A DNA stretch of 64,000 bases from Escherichia coli. GTDB taxonomy: Bacteria > Pseudomonadota > Gammaproteobacteria > Enterobacterales > Enterobacteriaceae. A program made the translations under genes and the position numbers. The stretch's first letter is position 1; every line of letters starts with the position of its first letter. Location of the stretch: assembly GCF_003019035.1 (NCBI RefSeq), contig NZ_CP027447.1. One strand, 5' to 3'. Shown here piece after piece: positions 61,904 to 64,000 of this stretch. The notes beneath the pieces were generated by a model. It searched no databases. It was not told the DNA's origin and saw only the letters and a program-made list of their open reading frames with translations.

Positions 61904-62968
61904 TTAACATCCCCAACGAAGCGCTGGCGTATTGACCGGGGCATCCCAAAGTTGCAAAAACTCTGGGGTACATTTCAGCAGGCTGATGGAAAATCCGGCC
62001 ATATCTAATGATGTACAATAATTACCGACCAACTGGCGGCTAATTTTAATTCCCTGGCGCTGTGCGGCGCACATAAATACCCTGGCTACACCATATAACT
62101 CTGATTCAGGCGTGCTGCCAAGTCCGTTAATTAACACAATATATTCGGCATTTTGATCGAATGACTCATTCATTGATGATGCGTCAATCCATCCCCCCGC
62201 ATGGCGATCCCAATGGCGTAATGTGCGTCGCCAGGGGGTATTATCCAGTAATTGCGCTATCACGCTGTCGATTAAAGTGTTCAGATCTTGCAAAGTGCGG
62301 CGTTCAATGCCGGGTTCACCGTGGATCCCGACACCAAATTCGATTTCATTATCAGCCAGTTCAAATGAGGGTTTTCCCGCGGCGGGAACCGTACAGGCTG
62401 ACAGTGCGATGCCAAAAGAACGGGTGGCATTGTTAACATTTTTGCCAAGTTGCTCGCACTGCCCCAGGTTATATCCCTGAAGTGCAGCCGCACCGACAAT
62501 CTTTTCAACAAAAACTGTACCCGCAACACCGCGACGTCCGGCTGTATACAGGCTATCTTTTACCGCTACATCATCATCAATAATGACGGTCCCAACGGCG
62601 ATGCCTTCTTCGTGTAACATCTCGACTGCCGTTTCGAAATTCAGAATATCGCCTGTGTAATTTTTGATGAAAAACAGAACGCCAGAACCATTATCAACCG
62701 CTTTGGCACATTCGATCATTTGATCTGGCGTGGGCGATGTGAAGATTTCACCAGGACATGCACCGGTTAACATTCCCATACCGACAAAACCTGCATGCAG
62801 TGGTTCATGGCCTGAGCCGCCGCCTGAAATCAGCGCCACTGCATTATCGGTTTGTTTGCACCACACATATCGGGGCGCGTAATTTGCCTGCAGGTGTGGC
62901 CAGGTGGCGATGAGTCCTTCCATTTGTTCTGTGACAACAGAATCAATCTGGTTAATTAATTTCTTCAT
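61904..62968 (-). CDS. Dihydroxyacetone kinase subunit K-like (substrate-binding)
   Basis: MKKLINQIDSVV... with the conserved DhaK motifs GGGSGHEP and substrate-binding His region (GVGIHGEPG). Confidence 0.85.
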   Translation of the reverse strand: MKKLINQIDSVVTEQMEGLIATWPHLQANYAPRYVWCKQTDNAVALISGGGSGHEPLHAGFVGMGMLTGACPGEIFTSPTPDQMIECAKAVDNGSGVLFFIKNYTGDILNFETAVEMLHEEGIAVGTVIIDDDVAVKDSLYTAGRRGVAGTVFVEKIVGAAALQGYNLGQCEQLGKNVNNATRSFGIALSACTVPAAGKPSFELADNEIEFGVGIHGEPGIERRTLQDLNTLIDSVIAQLLDNTPWRRTLRHWDRHAGGWIDASSMNESFDQNAEYIVLINGLGSTPESELYGVARVFMCAAQRQGIKISRQLVGNYCTSLDMAGFSISLLKCTPEFLQLWDAPVNTPALRWGC

Positions 62969-63293
62969 AGTCATTCCTGTTCTGATAAATTACGTAAATC
63001 GCGCTAAATATGTTTGCGAGATTAATTCTCCAGCCGCAATAAAACAAATCGCACGATAATAAGATTCATAATGAAACAGTTAATTCATGGTGTTGTTTCA
63101 AAATGAAAAGGGACCAGTATGGATATTGATATATTGTGATTAAGGCATGAAAAGTGTTTTTTATTATCATCTGCAGATGATGTTTTTTACAGCGCGATCA
63201 TAAAACATAATTTTTCGCGAATGAAATGTTTGCCGCCACTGGATGCAACGAGTAGGTTAACAGTGAAGCAAAACAAGTTACGCGAGGAATGAT

Positions 63294-64000
63294 ATGGATA
63301 AGATTATTATAAGTCCGGCTAAATATATCCAGGGAAATGGTTCTCTGGATAATATTGCTACATATGCGGCGAGTTTGGGAACAGAACCATTAATTATTGC
63401 AGATGAATTTGTGACCGGTCTGGTTGGTGACAGAGTAAGCCAGAGCTTTGCAAGAGAAAACATTATTGCGGATCTTGATGTTTTTTGCGGTGAATGCTCG
63501 CAAAATGAAATTTCTCGAATTCGTGAGAAATTTAATCAGCGTAAATATAATGTCGTTATTGGTATTGGCGGCGGTAAAACGTTGGATACGGCAAAAGCCG
63601 TAGCGTATTACCAAAAAATTCCGGTGGTGGTGGTGCCGACAATTGCTTCCACAGATGCGCCAACCAGTTCTCTGGCAGTAATTTACACCCCGGAAGGCCA
63701 GTTTAGCGAATATCTGTTTTTCCCGAAAAACCCGGATATGGTGATTATGGATACTGGCGTCATTTCAGCCGCGCCAGTGCGTCTGCTGGTGGCCGGTATG
63801 GGAGATGCATTGTCAACCTGGTTTGAGGCGAGAGCCAATCAGGCGTCAGGAAAAGCCACAATGGCAGGTGGGGCGTCGACACTGGCGGCACTGGCTATTG
63901 CCCGACTCTGTTATACCACGCTACTGGAAGATGGCTATAAGGCAAAAGTCGCGGTTGAACAAGGTGTTAGCACCAAAGCGGTAGAGAATATTATCGAAGC
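63294..64000 (+). CDS. Glycerol dehydrogenase-like (iron-containing ADH family), 5' part; runs off the window end
   Basis: MDKIIISPAKYIQGNGSLDNIA... with GGGKTLDTAKA NAD-binding motif; RBS GAGGAA upstream; no stop within the window. Confidence 0.8.
   Translation, partial: MDKIIISPAKYIQGNGSLDNIATYAASLGTEPLIIADEFVTGLVGDRVSQSFARENIIADLDVFCGECSQNEISRIREKFNQRKYNVVIGIGGGKTLDTAKAVAYYQKIPVVVVPTIASTDAPTSSLAVIYTPEGQFSEYLFFPKNPDMVIMDTGVISAAPVRLLVAGMGDALSTWFEARANQASGKATMAGGASTLAALAIARLCYTTLLEDGYKAKVAVEQGVSTKAVENIIE

Overview
This window is an Escherichia coli-type chromosomal segment, recognised by reading the translated ORFs and raw sequence (no database search was run). Conserved backbone, in order: TetR-like 3' end, tabA, yjgL, argI, rraB, yjgM, yjgN, valS, holC, pepA, lptF, lptG, yjgR, idnR-idnT-idnO-idnD / idnK, ahr, tRNA-Leu (leuX), then nanS-nanM-nanC, the complete type 1 fimbrial locus fimB-fimE-fimS-fimAICDFGH, gntP, uxuA-uxuB-uxuR, yjiC and iraD. 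Two accessory regions interrupt it. (1) A ~12 kb AT-rich integrative mobilizable element sits at the 3' end of leuX (about 21.7-33.5 kb). It has a P4-type integrase, an AlpA-like regulator, a Rep-like initiator and a MobC/MobA relaxase pair, and ends at a degenerate repeat of the tRNA 3' end. Its cargo is the most interesting part of the window: an overlapping three-gene operon (GNAT-fold protein, ImmA/IrrE Zn-metallopeptidase, 371-aa unknown) with a convergent PD-(D/E)xK-like gene. I could not assign this module to a named system; it is a candidate toxin-antitoxin or anti-phage module. Beyond the repeat lies a second AT-rich patch with a 682-aa orphan protein, gene debris and an HNH endonuclease. 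(2) After iraD there is a DhaK/DhaL/DhaM-like dihydroxyacetone kinase operon whose DhaM carries a complete Enzyme I, with a divergent glycerol dehydrogenase gene running off the window end. The fim switch appears to be in the phase-OFF orientation. A GC-rich palindromic repeat occurs four times, and there are several clear rho-independent terminators. No rRNA, CRISPR array or IS transposase was found. All coordinates derived by hand from the raw sequence may be off by a base or two.
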